Shown: one piece after another, positions 55,981 through 64,000 of the stretch
Layout: every line of letters begins with the position of its first letter
Numbering within the stretch: position 1 is the first letter of the stretch
From: Candidatus Bathyarchaeum sp.
GTDB taxonomy: Archaea; Thermoproteota; Bathyarchaeia; Bathyarchaeales; Bathyarchaeaceae
DNA: 64,000 nt
Reading direction: 5' to 3'
NCBI GenBank assembly: GCA_016930555.1
Contig: JAFGGM010000051.1
Span: 4,715-68,714, forward strand
Notes under the pieces: generated by a model
What the model was told of the DNA's origin: nothing
The model's database searches: none
Seen by the model: only the letters and a program-made list of their open reading frames with translations
Translations under genes and position numbers: made by a program

Positions 55981-56517
55981 CTATTTTTCGCGGGCATGCT
56001 TTACGATGTGACCTGTTTCGGTAAGAATAAGTTTTGTCATGACAAGTTTGACTGCCTGCGGGGAACCAGGAATACAGAAGACAGCTTGTCCTTGGTCTGT
56101 GACTCCAGCTAAAGCTCTAGTCATGATGGCTGCTGAACCAATCTCGTCATAGCTCAGTTTCCTGAATAATTCTCCAAAACCAGGCAACGTCTTTATCATC
56201 ATTGGTCGTACAGTTTCAATGGTCACATCTGTTATGCTGACTCCAGTTCCCCCACACACTATAATTGCATCCACATTCTCTGAGCCTATGGCATTACCCA
56301 CATATTTTCCGATCAAAACTCGGTCATCAGGCAAAATCTCCCTAGAATCCACACAATAACCAGCAGCTTCTATAAGCTCAACAATCAAGTCCCCTGAAGG
56401 GTCAGAAACAGACCGCTGTTCCTTAAGCTTCTGGTAACGGGATGAACTGGAAACAAAAACAGCAAAATTGAGTTTCATGGGCGCCTTAGACTTGTGTTCG
56501 CGAGACGATTCTCTCAT
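55981..56517 (-). CDS. moaB: Molybdenum cofactor biosynthesis protein B (MoaB/MogA family)
   Basis: 178 aa with the CGGTGVSITD-type motif (IIVCGGTGVSITDVT). Confidence 0.85.
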   Translation of the reverse strand: MRESSREHKSKAPMKLNFAVFVSSSSRYQKLKEQRSVSDPSGDLIVELIEAAGYCVDSREILPDDRVLIGKYVGNAIGSENVDAIIVCGGTGVSITDVTIETVRPMMIKTLPGFGELFRKLSYDEIGSAAIMTRALAGVTDQGQAVFCIPGSPQAVKLVMTKLILTETGHIVKHAREK

Positions 56518-56519
56518 GC

Positions 56520-56957
56520 CTATTTCTCCTTCACTTTGTGAACTACATGTAGGTTTTGTATGCTTGTGCCAGGATATTGACCATTAGCATCTTTTTCGTA
56601 CTGTTTTGTCATGTCCCAAACGGTCAACAGTGCTGTAGCCGCGGCAGCGAGAGCCTCCATCTCCACGCCAGTCTGTGCTCGGGTTTTGATTGTTGCTTCA
56701 GCCTCCACCATGAAGTTATCAACTATCTGCAGTTCAACTGTTACGCTGGTTAAGGGCAGGGGGTGACAGAGAGGAATCATAGAACTTGTGTTCTTTGCTG
56801 CCAAAATTCCAGCGACTTTTGCAATCTCGAAGGGGTCACCTTTCTCGATTTTTCTGTTTTTGATTAGCCTAAGTGTTTCAGATTTGAGTTTGATTGTTCC
56901 TTTGGCTTTGGCTTCCCTGTAAACTTCTGGCTTCTCGGTCACATCAACCATTGACAT
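56520..56957 (-). CDS. moaC: Cyclic pyranopterin monophosphate synthase accessory protein MoaC
   Basis: 145 aa with MVDVTEKPEVYREA..., IPLCHPLPL and GVEMEALAAA motifs. Confidence 0.9.
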   Translation of the reverse strand: MSMVDVTEKPEVYREAKAKGTIKLKSETLRLIKNRKIEKGDPFEIAKVAGILAAKNTSSMIPLCHPLPLTSVTVELQIVDNFMVEAEATIKTRAQTGVEMEALAAAATALLTVWDMTKQYEKDANGQYPGTSIQNLHVVHKVKEK

Positions 56958-56993
56958 TAAACGTTCACCTTACAGATTATTTATTATCTAGAC

Positions 56994-57260
56994 TTATTTT
57001 GTTTCTTCCCAGAACTCTATCAACTGCTTAATCATTCTTGCTCTGGGGTTTTCTTCGTTATAGCGAAAGATACGGATTCGTCCAAAGGTCTTGTGGCGCA
57101 CAAGCTTATTGTTTTCCAGAATCTGCAGGTGCTGATTTGTGGTAGCATAGTTTAGTCCAGCTCGTCTAGCAACCTCTGAAATGTTTAGCTCTCCGATTTC
57201 AGCTAAGATTCTGAGAATTCTCACGCGCCCTTTAGAAGATAAAACATCCTCAATCGACAC
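56994..57260 (-). CDS. ArsR-type winged-helix transcriptional regulator
   Basis: 88 aa. RVRILRILAEIGELNISEVARRAGLNYATTNQHLQILENNKLV. Confidence 0.7.
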   Translation of the reverse strand: MSIEDVLSSKGRVRILRILAEIGELNISEVARRAGLNYATTNQHLQILENNKLVRHKTFGRIRIFRYNEENPRARMIKQLIEFWEETK

Positions 57261-57264
57261 TGCC

Positions 57265-58449
57265 TCACCGCCAGTCCTGCGACAAAAGTTTGCTCATTTC
57301 CTGCTCCAAGTCAGAGGCTGGAATCCTTGGCAAGCTGATGAGGGTAGTTTTTCCCCGTTGTCCAACTCCAGAAACCATCGTTTCAATTATTCCTGATGTA
57401 GAAAGTGCTTTGACGTATTTCCAGATTTGAGTGTGACCCCGCTGCTTTTCACCATATTCTTCACAGGCTAGAGCATAAGCTTCTTCTGCGTCGCCCATGG
57501 ACATGTAAGCGGAATCTGTTTGCTTGAAATGACGTGCAACACCAAGAAGAAACAGTTTTTCGTGTAAACTAAACTCAGGAATCATGTCCCTCCGCACAAC
57601 AGGATAAACGCTGACAACCGCGTTTCTGACGCACTCAGGCAAAACTTCCCTCATCTCCGAAGCATCAGCATACTTGCCCGCCCGCCACAGAAGTTCAATC
57701 GCGTAACGGGCATTTCCGCTCTCAGACTTTCCCAACTCAGCGATGAGATTCATTGTCTGGTGGGGCACTGTGCCATCCCTGAAGGCAAGATTTACCCTGT
57801 TATCAAGAATATCTTCAAGCTGGGATTCTGAGTACTCCCGTAGCTGAATTATGTTACGTTGGAGAGTGCTTCTTGTGCTTGGGTCCAGTTTTTCTAGATG
57901 TCCTGGTTGGCGGAGGATGCAAATTAGGGAGAGTCGTTTTGGGGTATTTATTCGGTCTTCTTGGATTCGGGAAAGATTGTAAAGGGGGTCTGAACCCTCA
58001 TTCTGGACAAGAGACTCCAGTTCATCCAATGTTAAAATCAGGTACGCATCTTTTTCGTCAAGAATCTGCATAAGGGCTTGCAGCAATTCCTCTGCGGAGT
58101 AGCCGCGTCTCGGAAAGTTGGGGATAAATTTCATGATTGTTCGTTGAAGAATCATGAACAGGTTGCCTTTGCATTCTCGGCAGTTGATGTGGATGTAATT
58201 GAGGTTTATGTTGCGTTGTTTTGCTTCTCTTGTTATGTTTAAGCCGAAGTGTTGTGAGAGAACAGTTTTGCCTGCTCCGATGTGCCCCATAATCAGGGCG
58301 CGTTGGGTCATTTTTCCTGGACTTTCAACTGCGAAGCGGAAAAACTGGTTCAGTAGATTGAGTTGGAGTTTTCTGTGGAGTAGATGCTGGGGGACATAGT
58401 TTATGTCGAGTTTGCTTTCGTCCTTGAAGACGCTGGTGTACCGTGGCAT
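57265..58449 (-). CDS. cdc6: Orc1/Cdc6 replication initiation protein
   Basis: 394 aa with an AAA+ Walker A (GHIGAGKT), Walker B (ILTLDELE) and a C-terminal winged helix. Confidence 0.9.
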   Translation of the reverse strand: MPRYTSVFKDESKLDINYVPQHLLHRKLQLNLLNQFFRFAVESPGKMTQRALIMGHIGAGKTVLSQHFGLNITREAKQRNINLNYIHINCRECKGNLFMILQRTIMKFIPNFPRRGYSAEELLQALMQILDEKDAYLILTLDELESLVQNEGSDPLYNLSRIQEDRINTPKRLSLICILRQPGHLEKLDPSTRSTLQRNIIQLREYSESQLEDILDNRVNLAFRDGTVPHQTMNLIAELGKSESGNARYAIELLWRAGKYADASEMREVLPECVRNAVVSVYPVVRRDMIPEFSLHEKLFLLGVARHFKQTDSAYMSMGDAEEAYALACEEYGEKQRGHTQIWKYVKALSTSGIIETMVSGVGQRGKTTLISLPRIPASDLEQEMSKLLSQDWR

Positions 58450-58612
58450 AATTTAGTCCCTCAAAGTGTTGAATAGGGATGTAATGGTTTGTGTCTCTTA
58501 AAAAGTATGTTGAGGTACCAGAAAAGTGAAACAAGACAGTGTGAGGTCTGTAAAGTTATAACATAGAAGGGCTATTGTGTTGGTTAGTCTATGATGTGCA
58601 GAGAGAAATAAA

Positions 58613-59836
58613 ATGAACCACAACAAGCTACTGTTCAGTCTAACGCTCATCATAATCATAGTTTCACCCCTTTTCGTGGCAATGTGGAACCAAAGCAGCC
58701 TCGAGCAGAGTTCAGAACCATTATTCTTTGTAGGAGTAGAATATGCCATAGATAACTACAGTATTGAGGGCTGCAAAGAACTGGTTGATAGGGTGAAGAA
58801 TTTCACGAACTTTTTTGTCATCGACACTGTGGGGATAACATATGACATATACAAGCTCAATGAGGTTTGTGACTACGTCTACGAGTCAGGACTGCATTTC
58901 ATGGTATTCTTCCTTCCATTGCATGAAGAATATGTGGTTTCCACAGACGATGGAGAGCAGCGATTACATGTCATGCGATACAATTACTATCCTCACCTGT
59001 GGATTGCGGACGCCAAAGAAACATATGGTGGCAAGTTTTTGGGAGCATATGCCATGGACGAGCCGGGAGGACACCAGCTGGACGGTGGCGATGATTCCCG
59101 ACTAGTTACAAGCGCAGAAACTCAGGCGGAAGCCGCTGACACATACGTGACGGGTCTTCATGCTCACCTAAACTATTACCTTTACGCTCGGGAATGCACA
59201 GGCATATCAGTGTTAACCTCAGATTATGGGCTCTACTGGTTCGACTACAAGGCGGGATACGATAAGGTCTTAGCGGAGTTTGCTTGGAACCACAGCCGAC
59301 CACTACATGTTGGGCTTTGCAGGGGAGCTGCCACAGTTCAGGACAGAGAGTGGGGTGCAATGCTGACATGGACATATGTTGATAAAGAACCCTACCTTGT
59401 TGAAGGTCCTGAACTTTATGAAGACCTTGTTCTAGCGTATCATAATGGAGCAAAATATGCTGTGATTTTTGATCATCCAGATACGGACTACTCAGATTAT
59501 GGAATATTGGCAGAAAAATATGGCCATTTCACTGCTTTAGAGCAGTTCTGGGACTACGTGACCAGCAACCCAGACAAACATGGAACAACGGAAGCGGATG
59601 TGGTTTATGTTCTTCCAGAAAACTTTGGTTTCGGTTTCCGCGACGACAGCGATAAGATTTGGGGGCTGTGGAGTGCGGACTCGGATGAGCGGACAGCAAA
59701 GATTTGGAGCGACGTCAATATGCTTCTTGATGAGAATGGTTTCCGATTGGACATCGTCTACAGTGATCCAGAATTTGACAACAGCTTGCAGCTAAATTAT
59801 GATAGAATCCTTTTCTGGAACCAAACAATACCCTAA
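58613..59836 (+). CDS. Hypothetical exported/membrane-anchored protein
   Basis: 407 aa with an N-terminal hydrophobic anchor (LLFSLTLIIIIVSPLFVAMW). It is rich in aromatic residues, and a YAMDEPGG segment is faintly reminiscent of glycoside-hydrolase-like TIM barrels. No family was assigned. Confidence 0.4.
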   Translation: MNHNKLLFSLTLIIIIVSPLFVAMWNQSSLEQSSEPLFFVGVEYAIDNYSIEGCKELVDRVKNFTNFFVIDTVGITYDIYKLNEVCDYVYESGLHFMVFFLPLHEEYVVSTDDGEQRLHVMRYNYYPHLWIADAKETYGGKFLGAYAMDEPGGHQLDGGDDSRLVTSAETQAEAADTYVTGLHAHLNYYLYARECTGISVLTSDYGLYWFDYKAGYDKVLAEFAWNHSRPLHVGLCRGAATVQDREWGAMLTWTYVDKEPYLVEGPELYEDLVLAYHNGAKYAVIFDHPDTDYSDYGILAEKYGHFTALEQFWDYVTSNPDKHGTTEADVVYVLPENFGFGFRDDSDKIWGLWSADSDERTAKIWSDVNMLLDENGFRLDIVYSDPEFDNSLQLNYDRILFWNQTIP

Positions 59837-59865
59837 AATATGGTTCAGGAACGGGTAGCTCCATT

Positions 59866-60354
59866 ATGATTATGGACCTTAATCTTCTTTCAGGACAGGG
59901 AACTTACACGCTGTTGTTACATGTCCAAAAGCAAGTTACAGTTACCATAGGAAGTTTGGGGAAGCAACGATTTCCTGTGGGATACTACAGCTACACTGGC
60001 TCAGCTATGGGGAAGAGAGCAAGTCTCAAGAATCGGATAGCTAGGCACCTGAGGAAAGAAAAGCGATGTTTCTGGCACATAGATTACCTTCTGGATAACG
60101 AGAACGTGTCTGTGGAGGCTGTTGTAACAGCTGAAACTAGCCAGAAGGTGGAGTGTGAAATAAACCAGCATACAAAAACCATGATGGATGCGAAGATTCA
60201 AGCTAAAGGTTTCGGATCCTCTGATTGCCAAAGGAACTGTAGAAGTCATCTGCTGTTTTTTCCTGATGCGGAAAATGTAGACTTGTTGGTTCAGAACCTT
60301 GTTACAGGTTTTAGGTCAATGTCGGGCGTTCTTGCGGTTCATGTGATTCGGTAA
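59866..60354 (+). CDS. DUF123 / GIY-YIG-like nuclease-superfamily protein
   Basis: 162 aa. YYSYTGSAMGKRASLKNRIARHLRKEKRCFWHIDYLL matches the conserved DUF123 core (Y-x-G-S-A...R-x-x-RH...HWHIDYL). Confidence 0.6.
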   Translation: MIMDLNLLSGQGTYTLLLHVQKQVTVTIGSLGKQRFPVGYYSYTGSAMGKRASLKNRIARHLRKEKRCFWHIDYLLDNENVSVEAVVTAETSQKVECEINQHTKTMMDAKIQAKGFGSSDCQRNCRSHLLFFPDAENVDLLVQNLVTGFRSMSGVLAVHVIR

Positions 60355-60368
60355 AGAGTTTTGGTGAC

Positions 60369-60974
60369 TCAGTCATCATCTTTTGGTTTTTTAGGCACTA
60401 GCAGTAGAGTCAGGAATATGCCTGCAAGGAATCCTCCTACATGGGCAGTATGGGCGACGCTTTCTACTGCTCCGGAGGTTACGTAGGCTGTTTCTGATAT
60501 GATTGTTATGAAAACGAACATGAGGGCGGGCATGGGTATGGGAATGAAGCCAAGAAATTTGATGAGCCATCTGAAGGGAAAAAGTATGGCAAAGGAGGCT
60601 AAGACTCCAAAGATTGCTCCAGAGGCTCCTATGGTGGGTATGGCGGGTGTAATGGTTAGGTAAGTGTGGAATATGCCTGCGATAACGCCGAAGGCTAGAT
60701 ACAGCACAAAGAAGCGGGCGCTGCCTATTTTTCGTTCTACTGAGTCGCCACTTACCAGCAGAAAGAACATGTTCATTGCAAGGTGGATGATGTCGGCGTG
60801 GAAGAACATAGATGTGATGAGGGATAGGAGGTTTACTCCGCTCATGATTTGTTCTGGGATTAGTCCGTAATCGAGTATTAACTGATTGTAGGCTTCAGGG
60901 TTGGTTAGGCTCTGGAGAAAAATGAAGATGTTGATGCCGATGATGATGTAAGTTACAACAGCAACCTTAGCCAA
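60369..60974 (-). CDS. Rhomboid-family intramembrane serine protease
   Basis: 201 aa and multi-TM, with FFHADIIHLAMNM and the catalytic GASGAIFG motif plus a downstream His (AHVGG). Confidence 0.85.
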   Translation of the reverse strand: MAKVAVVTYIIIGINIFIFLQSLTNPEAYNQLILDYGLIPEQIMSGVNLLSLITSMFFHADIIHLAMNMFFLLVSGDSVERKIGSARFFVLYLAFGVIAGIFHTYLTITPAIPTIGASGAIFGVLASFAILFPFRWLIKFLGFIPIPMPALMFVFITIISETAYVTSGAVESVAHTAHVGGFLAGIFLTLLLVPKKPKDDD

Positions 60975-61135
60975 AATCGATTCTCCCGTGAACAGTTAGA
61001 CCTTCAATATTATCTGTGAAACATAAAATCTTTACTTTAAACGGAAAGTCGAATTCTTTGGCTGATAACCGTTAATTAGGACAGAAACTAAAACAGTTCA
61101 GGTTAATAGCGAAACAAGCCGTTTATGTTTGGGAA

Positions 61136-62227
61136 GTGAAGAAAATGTCAGAAACAGCCCTGATTTACTCACACAGTTACCTACACCACAAAACTGGACA
61201 CCGCCATCCCGAGTCACCTTCCCGCCTCAGAGTAATAATGAGAGAACTGAACAAGAATGGAATCCTTGAAAACGAAAGATGCATGATTGTCAAACCAGAA
61301 CCCATAAGCATCAAAGACCTGCAACTAGTCCATAAGAGGGACTACATTCAGCAAATCAATCATATATGCAACTGTGGTGGCGGATTACTGGACAAAGAAG
61401 ACACTGTAGTTTCTGCACGAAGTTATGAAGTAGCTCGTTTAGCTGCTGGAGGAGCATTGAAGGCGGCGGATATGGTTATGCAAGGAAAAGTCAGAAATGC
61501 CTTCGCCTTTGTTAGACCCCCAGGACATCATGCTGGACCAGACTATCCTATGGGCTTCTGTATCTTCAATAATGTTGCATTAGCTGCAGCTTATCTGCAA
61601 AAACGGTTTGGTCTGGAACGAGTTTTAATTCTGGACATAGATGCCCATCATGGGAACGGGACACAGGACATCTTCTACAGAAGCAACAAGGTACTTTATG
61701 TCAGTCTTCATGAGGACCCTATCGAGTTTCCTTTAACAGGGTTCGTTGACGAAGTCGGCGAAGACAAGGGGCAGGGATACAGTGTGAACATTCCACTACC
61801 TTATGGCACAGGCGACAAAATCTACCTCCGAGCCTTCAATGAGATTGCGGCACCCATCATCAACCAATACAAACCCCAGTTCATTCTGGTTTCCACAGGA
61901 TTTGACAATCATTACGCAGACCCAGTAGGAAACATGTCCCTGTCAGCTTATAGCTACACCAAAATCTTTGACCATATTTTAGAGTCGGCAGAAAAGTTTT
62001 GTCAAGGAAAAGTTGTGGCAGTTCTGGAGGGTGGATACGGCATGAGGTTTCTTGGAACGATGACATATGCAGTTACTGCAAAAATGGCTAAAATTCCCTA
62101 CAGCTTCAGAGATAAGCATCAAGGGACAAGTGTCAAGGTCAGGAGAAAAGGAGAAAAAACAATAAACAAAGTAAAAAAGATTCAATCATACTTCTGGAAT
62201 ATAAACTCGCAAAAAATGTCAAGCTAG
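61136..62227 (+). CDS. Histone deacetylase-family enzyme (AcuC / acetylpolyamine amidohydrolase-like)
   Basis: 363 aa with RPPGHHA, DIDAHHGNGTQ and EGGY motifs. The probable ATG is at 61145. Confidence 0.85.
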   Translation: MKKMSETALIYSHSYLHHKTGHRHPESPSRLRVIMRELNKNGILENERCMIVKPEPISIKDLQLVHKRDYIQQINHICNCGGGLLDKEDTVVSARSYEVARLAAGGALKAADMVMQGKVRNAFAFVRPPGHHAGPDYPMGFCIFNNVALAAAYLQKRFGLERVLILDIDAHHGNGTQDIFYRSNKVLYVSLHEDPIEFPLTGFVDEVGEDKGQGYSVNIPLPYGTGDKIYLRAFNEIAAPIINQYKPQFILVSTGFDNHYADPVGNMSLSAYSYTKIFDHILESAEKFCQGKVVAVLEGGYGMRFLGTMTYAVTAKMAKIPYSFRDKHQGTSVKVRRKGEKTINKVKKIQSYFWNINSQKMSS

Positions 62228-62297
62228 CGCTCATATTAGGAGCCTATTGGTAGAAGATTATTGAAAACAGTATTTTTCAAAAATTAGAGAAAAGGTT

Positions 62298-62329
62298 GGG
62301 GAAATCTGGTTGTTTCCCCCGAAAGGGGA
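62298..62329. terminator. Two mutually exclusive hairpins between the convergent HDAC-family and ferredoxin genes
   Basis: GGGGAAA (62298-62304) pairs with TTTCCCC (62313-62319). The same C-run can instead pair as TCCCC (62315-62319) with GGGGA (62325-62329). Confidence 0.35.
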
Positions 62330-62350
62330 TTGCCAAAAGTTGTGTCGAGT

Positions 62351-62533
62351 TTACTCGATGACTTCAATGGCGCCTTCTGGGCACTCCATCTCGCATGCAC
62401 GACAAACAAGACAGTCGTCAACGTTTACTGGAACAGACTTACCGTCTTTCATTTCGTAAACGCCAACAGGACAGGTGTCAACACATGTTTCGCATCCAGT
62501 GCATTTTTCTGCATCGACTTTGATTTCAACCAT
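62351..62533 (-). CDS. 2x[4Fe-4S] ferredoxin
   Basis: 60 aa with two cluster motifs, CTGCETCVDTCP and CLVCRACEMECP. Confidence 0.85.
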   Translation of the reverse strand: MVEIKVDAEKCTGCETCVDTCPVGVYEMKDGKSVPVNVDDCLVCRACEMECPEGAIEVIE

Positions 62534-62606
62534 TATCTAATCAACTCCGTTTTTAGAATTTAACCAAAACTAAGCAATACAATAAAAACGTTTTGTAAAA
62601 AAGGAA

Positions 62607-64000
62607 CTATTCACGGAGCCTCAATAAAACTCTGTCAATTGTTGTTTTAGCTGCTTCAATTCTGCCTTGATACTCCTCAAGAAGCTTTCCATAGGCACCC
62701 TTAGAGACTTCTCCCCGCTTGTACCGTGCCTTCACCCGCTGCATGTCCCGTTCTGCGCCTTCAAGATTTGTTTCAGCAACTTCAATCTGCCTCATCATAT
62801 TTGCATATTTAGAACCAGCACCACGAATCTTCTCGCGAAGAGTGACTAGAGTTCTGGTTACTGTAGCAAGGCGTGAGTCTAGCATTTTCTTTCTGACTTT
62901 GTATCTGCGTCGTGGAATCTTTCCTTTCCGTAACCGTTCTTCCAGAGATTCAAGTTCTTCCCGAATTGTGGCTTTTTCTTCGTATGACTCAATGAAGCTT
63001 TTGAGTTCTGTTGAAGGAACCTGACTTGTTGAAACAGAAAGCGTTTGTGGGGCAACTCGGAAGAAGAGAAATGCTGACGCGACAATAGCGATGATTCCCA
63101 TCCAGATGGTTGGGTAAAATGAAGCCCAGAACACATCATATTTATAATCTATTTCAAAGTTGAGGTCATCGGAAGGCTCCACATCAGATAAACTGAAGGA
63201 CAAGCCGTCGTCCGTGCTTACTGGATCCAAAGGAGTAGATGACTGGAATTTGGCGCCAGTAGGAAGAACAATGTCGACAGTTAACGTTCCGATTGTTGAG
63301 TTGAATTCCTCAAAGAGGGAAAACTGGAAAGTGAAATCAACTCCATTCGCTTGACTAACGTAACTGTCCCATGGAAGATAGTAACCTATATACAGTTTCA
63401 ATGTTTCATTTGTATCTACACTGTACCGGAGAGTCACATTCAGCAAATTGGTTCCCTCTGTCGTTTCAAGGGTTCCCATTTCATCCCGAACAGAAAAGTC
63501 GTAGGCATTGTCTGGGAAACCAAGTTCGATGTATTCTATCCAGAATCCAACGTTTTCTATTAGATAATCGTTGGTGATGTAGATGTTTCCATTTTGTTTC
63601 AGAGTTATCGTTCGTTCTACCTTAACAATGTTAGTAATAATTGTTGGACGCTGGAATTCGACGTATGTGTAGGAAGTTGGCAATGTGATAGTGTTAAGTG
63701 TACCGAGGGTTCTGTTAGATTCATCGTAAAGGAGGACTTCAGCAAGTGTTGTAGGGCTGACAGATGCCGCATAGATTTCTGCGCCTAGCATATCAACATA
63801 TACCACATGAATTCCTTCAGTTAGATATGTGGCATTTACTACTGCGCCACTGAGAATATTATATGATGCATCATACAGTCCACCGAGGTCAACAGTGTAT
63901 GTTCCTGCTGAGGTTACATTAACCTCCACACCAAAACGAAGATAATTAAACAGACCATCATCATCAGTATCCACACCCTCATCAGTGACTGTGCCTGTAA
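62607..64000 (-). CDS. Hypothetical single-pass membrane protein with cytoplasmic coiled-coil tail (N-terminus outside window)
   Basis: The frame stays open to base 64000. A beta-rich Asn/Thr/Tyr-rich ectodomain is followed by a TM helix (IWMGIIAIVASAFLFF) and then a highly charged heptad-like tail of about 150 aa. Confidence 0.45.
   Translation of the reverse strand, partial: TGTVTDEGVDTDDDGLFNYLRFGVEVNVTSAGTYTVDLGGLYDASYNILSGAVVNATYLTEGIHVVYVDMLGAEIYAASVSPTTLAEVLLYDESNRTLGTLNTITLPTSYTYVEFQRPTIITNIVKVERTITLKQNGNIYITNDYLIENVGFWIEYIELGFPDNAYDFSVRDEMGTLETTEGTNLLNVTLRYSVDTNETLKLYIGYYLPWDSYVSQANGVDFTFQFSLFEEFNSTIGTLTVDIVLPTGAKFQSSTPLDPVSTDDGLSFSLSDVEPSDDLNFEIDYKYDVFWASFYPTIWMGIIAIVASAFLFFRVAPQTLSVSTSQVPSTELKSFIESYEEKATIREELESLEERLRKGKIPRRRYKVRKKMLDSRLATVTRTLVTLREKIRGAGSKYANMMRQIEVAETNLEGAERDMQRVKARYKRGEVSKGAYGKLLEEYQGRIEAAKTTIDRVLLRLRE

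Noticed and set aside
55927-56112. A 61-aa plus-strand ORF overlapping the 3' end of moaB, and a basic 37-aa minus-strand ORF in the 300-bp moaB/JAMM spacer.
   Set aside because: The first is antisense to moaB. The second has no recognisable family and no conservation evidence available from the sequence alone.
58450-58612. A possible replication origin upstream of orc1/cdc6, including a TACCAGAAAAGTGAAAC segment (58516-58532) loosely resembling the CCAGTGGAAAC core of archaeal ORB elements.
   Set aside because: There is only one degenerate copy. I found no inverted pair of ORB-like repeats flanking an AT-rich unwinding element, and the spacer is only 163 bp. A Z-curve or GC-skew analysis of the whole replicon, and an ORB motif search around 53.0-58.6 kb, would be needed before calling an origin.
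1-64000. A search by eye for tRNA T-loop signatures (GGTTCGAATC-like), rRNA, CRISPR repeat-spacer periodicity, terminal inverted repeats, and transposase, integrase or toxin-antitoxin pairs.
   Set aside because: None was found. Absence is based on visual scanning only, so tRNAscan-SE, Infernal and a CRISPR finder should confirm it.

Overview
This window reads as an archaeal chromosomal segment. The supporting markers are Orc1/Cdc6, RadA, ribosomal protein S17e, a LysW-carrier lysine pathway, the ADH-synthase/DHQ-synthase-II (DKFP-type) shikimate pathway with a GHMP-type shikimate kinase, and Fae-Hps. I suspect a TACK/Bathyarchaeia-like lineage, but that is a guess. About 45 kb (roughly 4.2-49.8 kb) is a nearly uninterrupted run of biosynthetic operons. 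In order these are: ilvD; cimA/leuA-ilvB-ilvN-ilvC; a homocitrate-synthase-like gene with leuC-leuD-leuB; an Lrp regulator divergent from lysW-lysX-lysY-lysZ-lysJ-lysK; aconitase-aclB-aclA-icd (an ATP-citrate-lyase module); pheA converging on a 12-gene array from aspartate kinase to tyrA; glyA; and fae-hps. The flanks carry housekeeping and miscellaneous genes: an ileS 3' end, M50 protease, a tandem-SIS protein, an eIF2B-like protein, OsmC, TatD, S17e, a MoaD-like Ubl, RimI, RadA, a JAMM protease, moaB/moaC, ArsR, Orc1/Cdc6, rhomboid, an HDAC-family enzyme and a ferredoxin. I recognised no rRNA, tRNA, CRISPR array, transposase or integrase, and no convincing defence-type or mobile system. The most unusual observations are listed here. 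(1) Fae-Hps carries an extra N-terminal helix-turn-helix segment and sits behind a perfect 8-bp inverted repeat that abuts its TATA box. (2) The LysX-like ATP-grasp is about 110 aa longer than classical LysX, with a large insertion between its metal-ligand motifs. (3) lysW (58 aa) is absent from the ORF track. (4) A two-subunit ATP-citrate lyase is clustered with a short fused-domain aconitase and icd. (5) A RidA pseudogene carries two stop codons and two frameshifts. (6) Two further reading-frame anomalies sit exactly on homopolymer runs: the cimA/leuA start and a methyltransferase 3' extension. (7) A 514-bp ORF-free gap lies between convergent genes and contains adjacent hairpins. All family assignments come from reading the translations; no database search was run.
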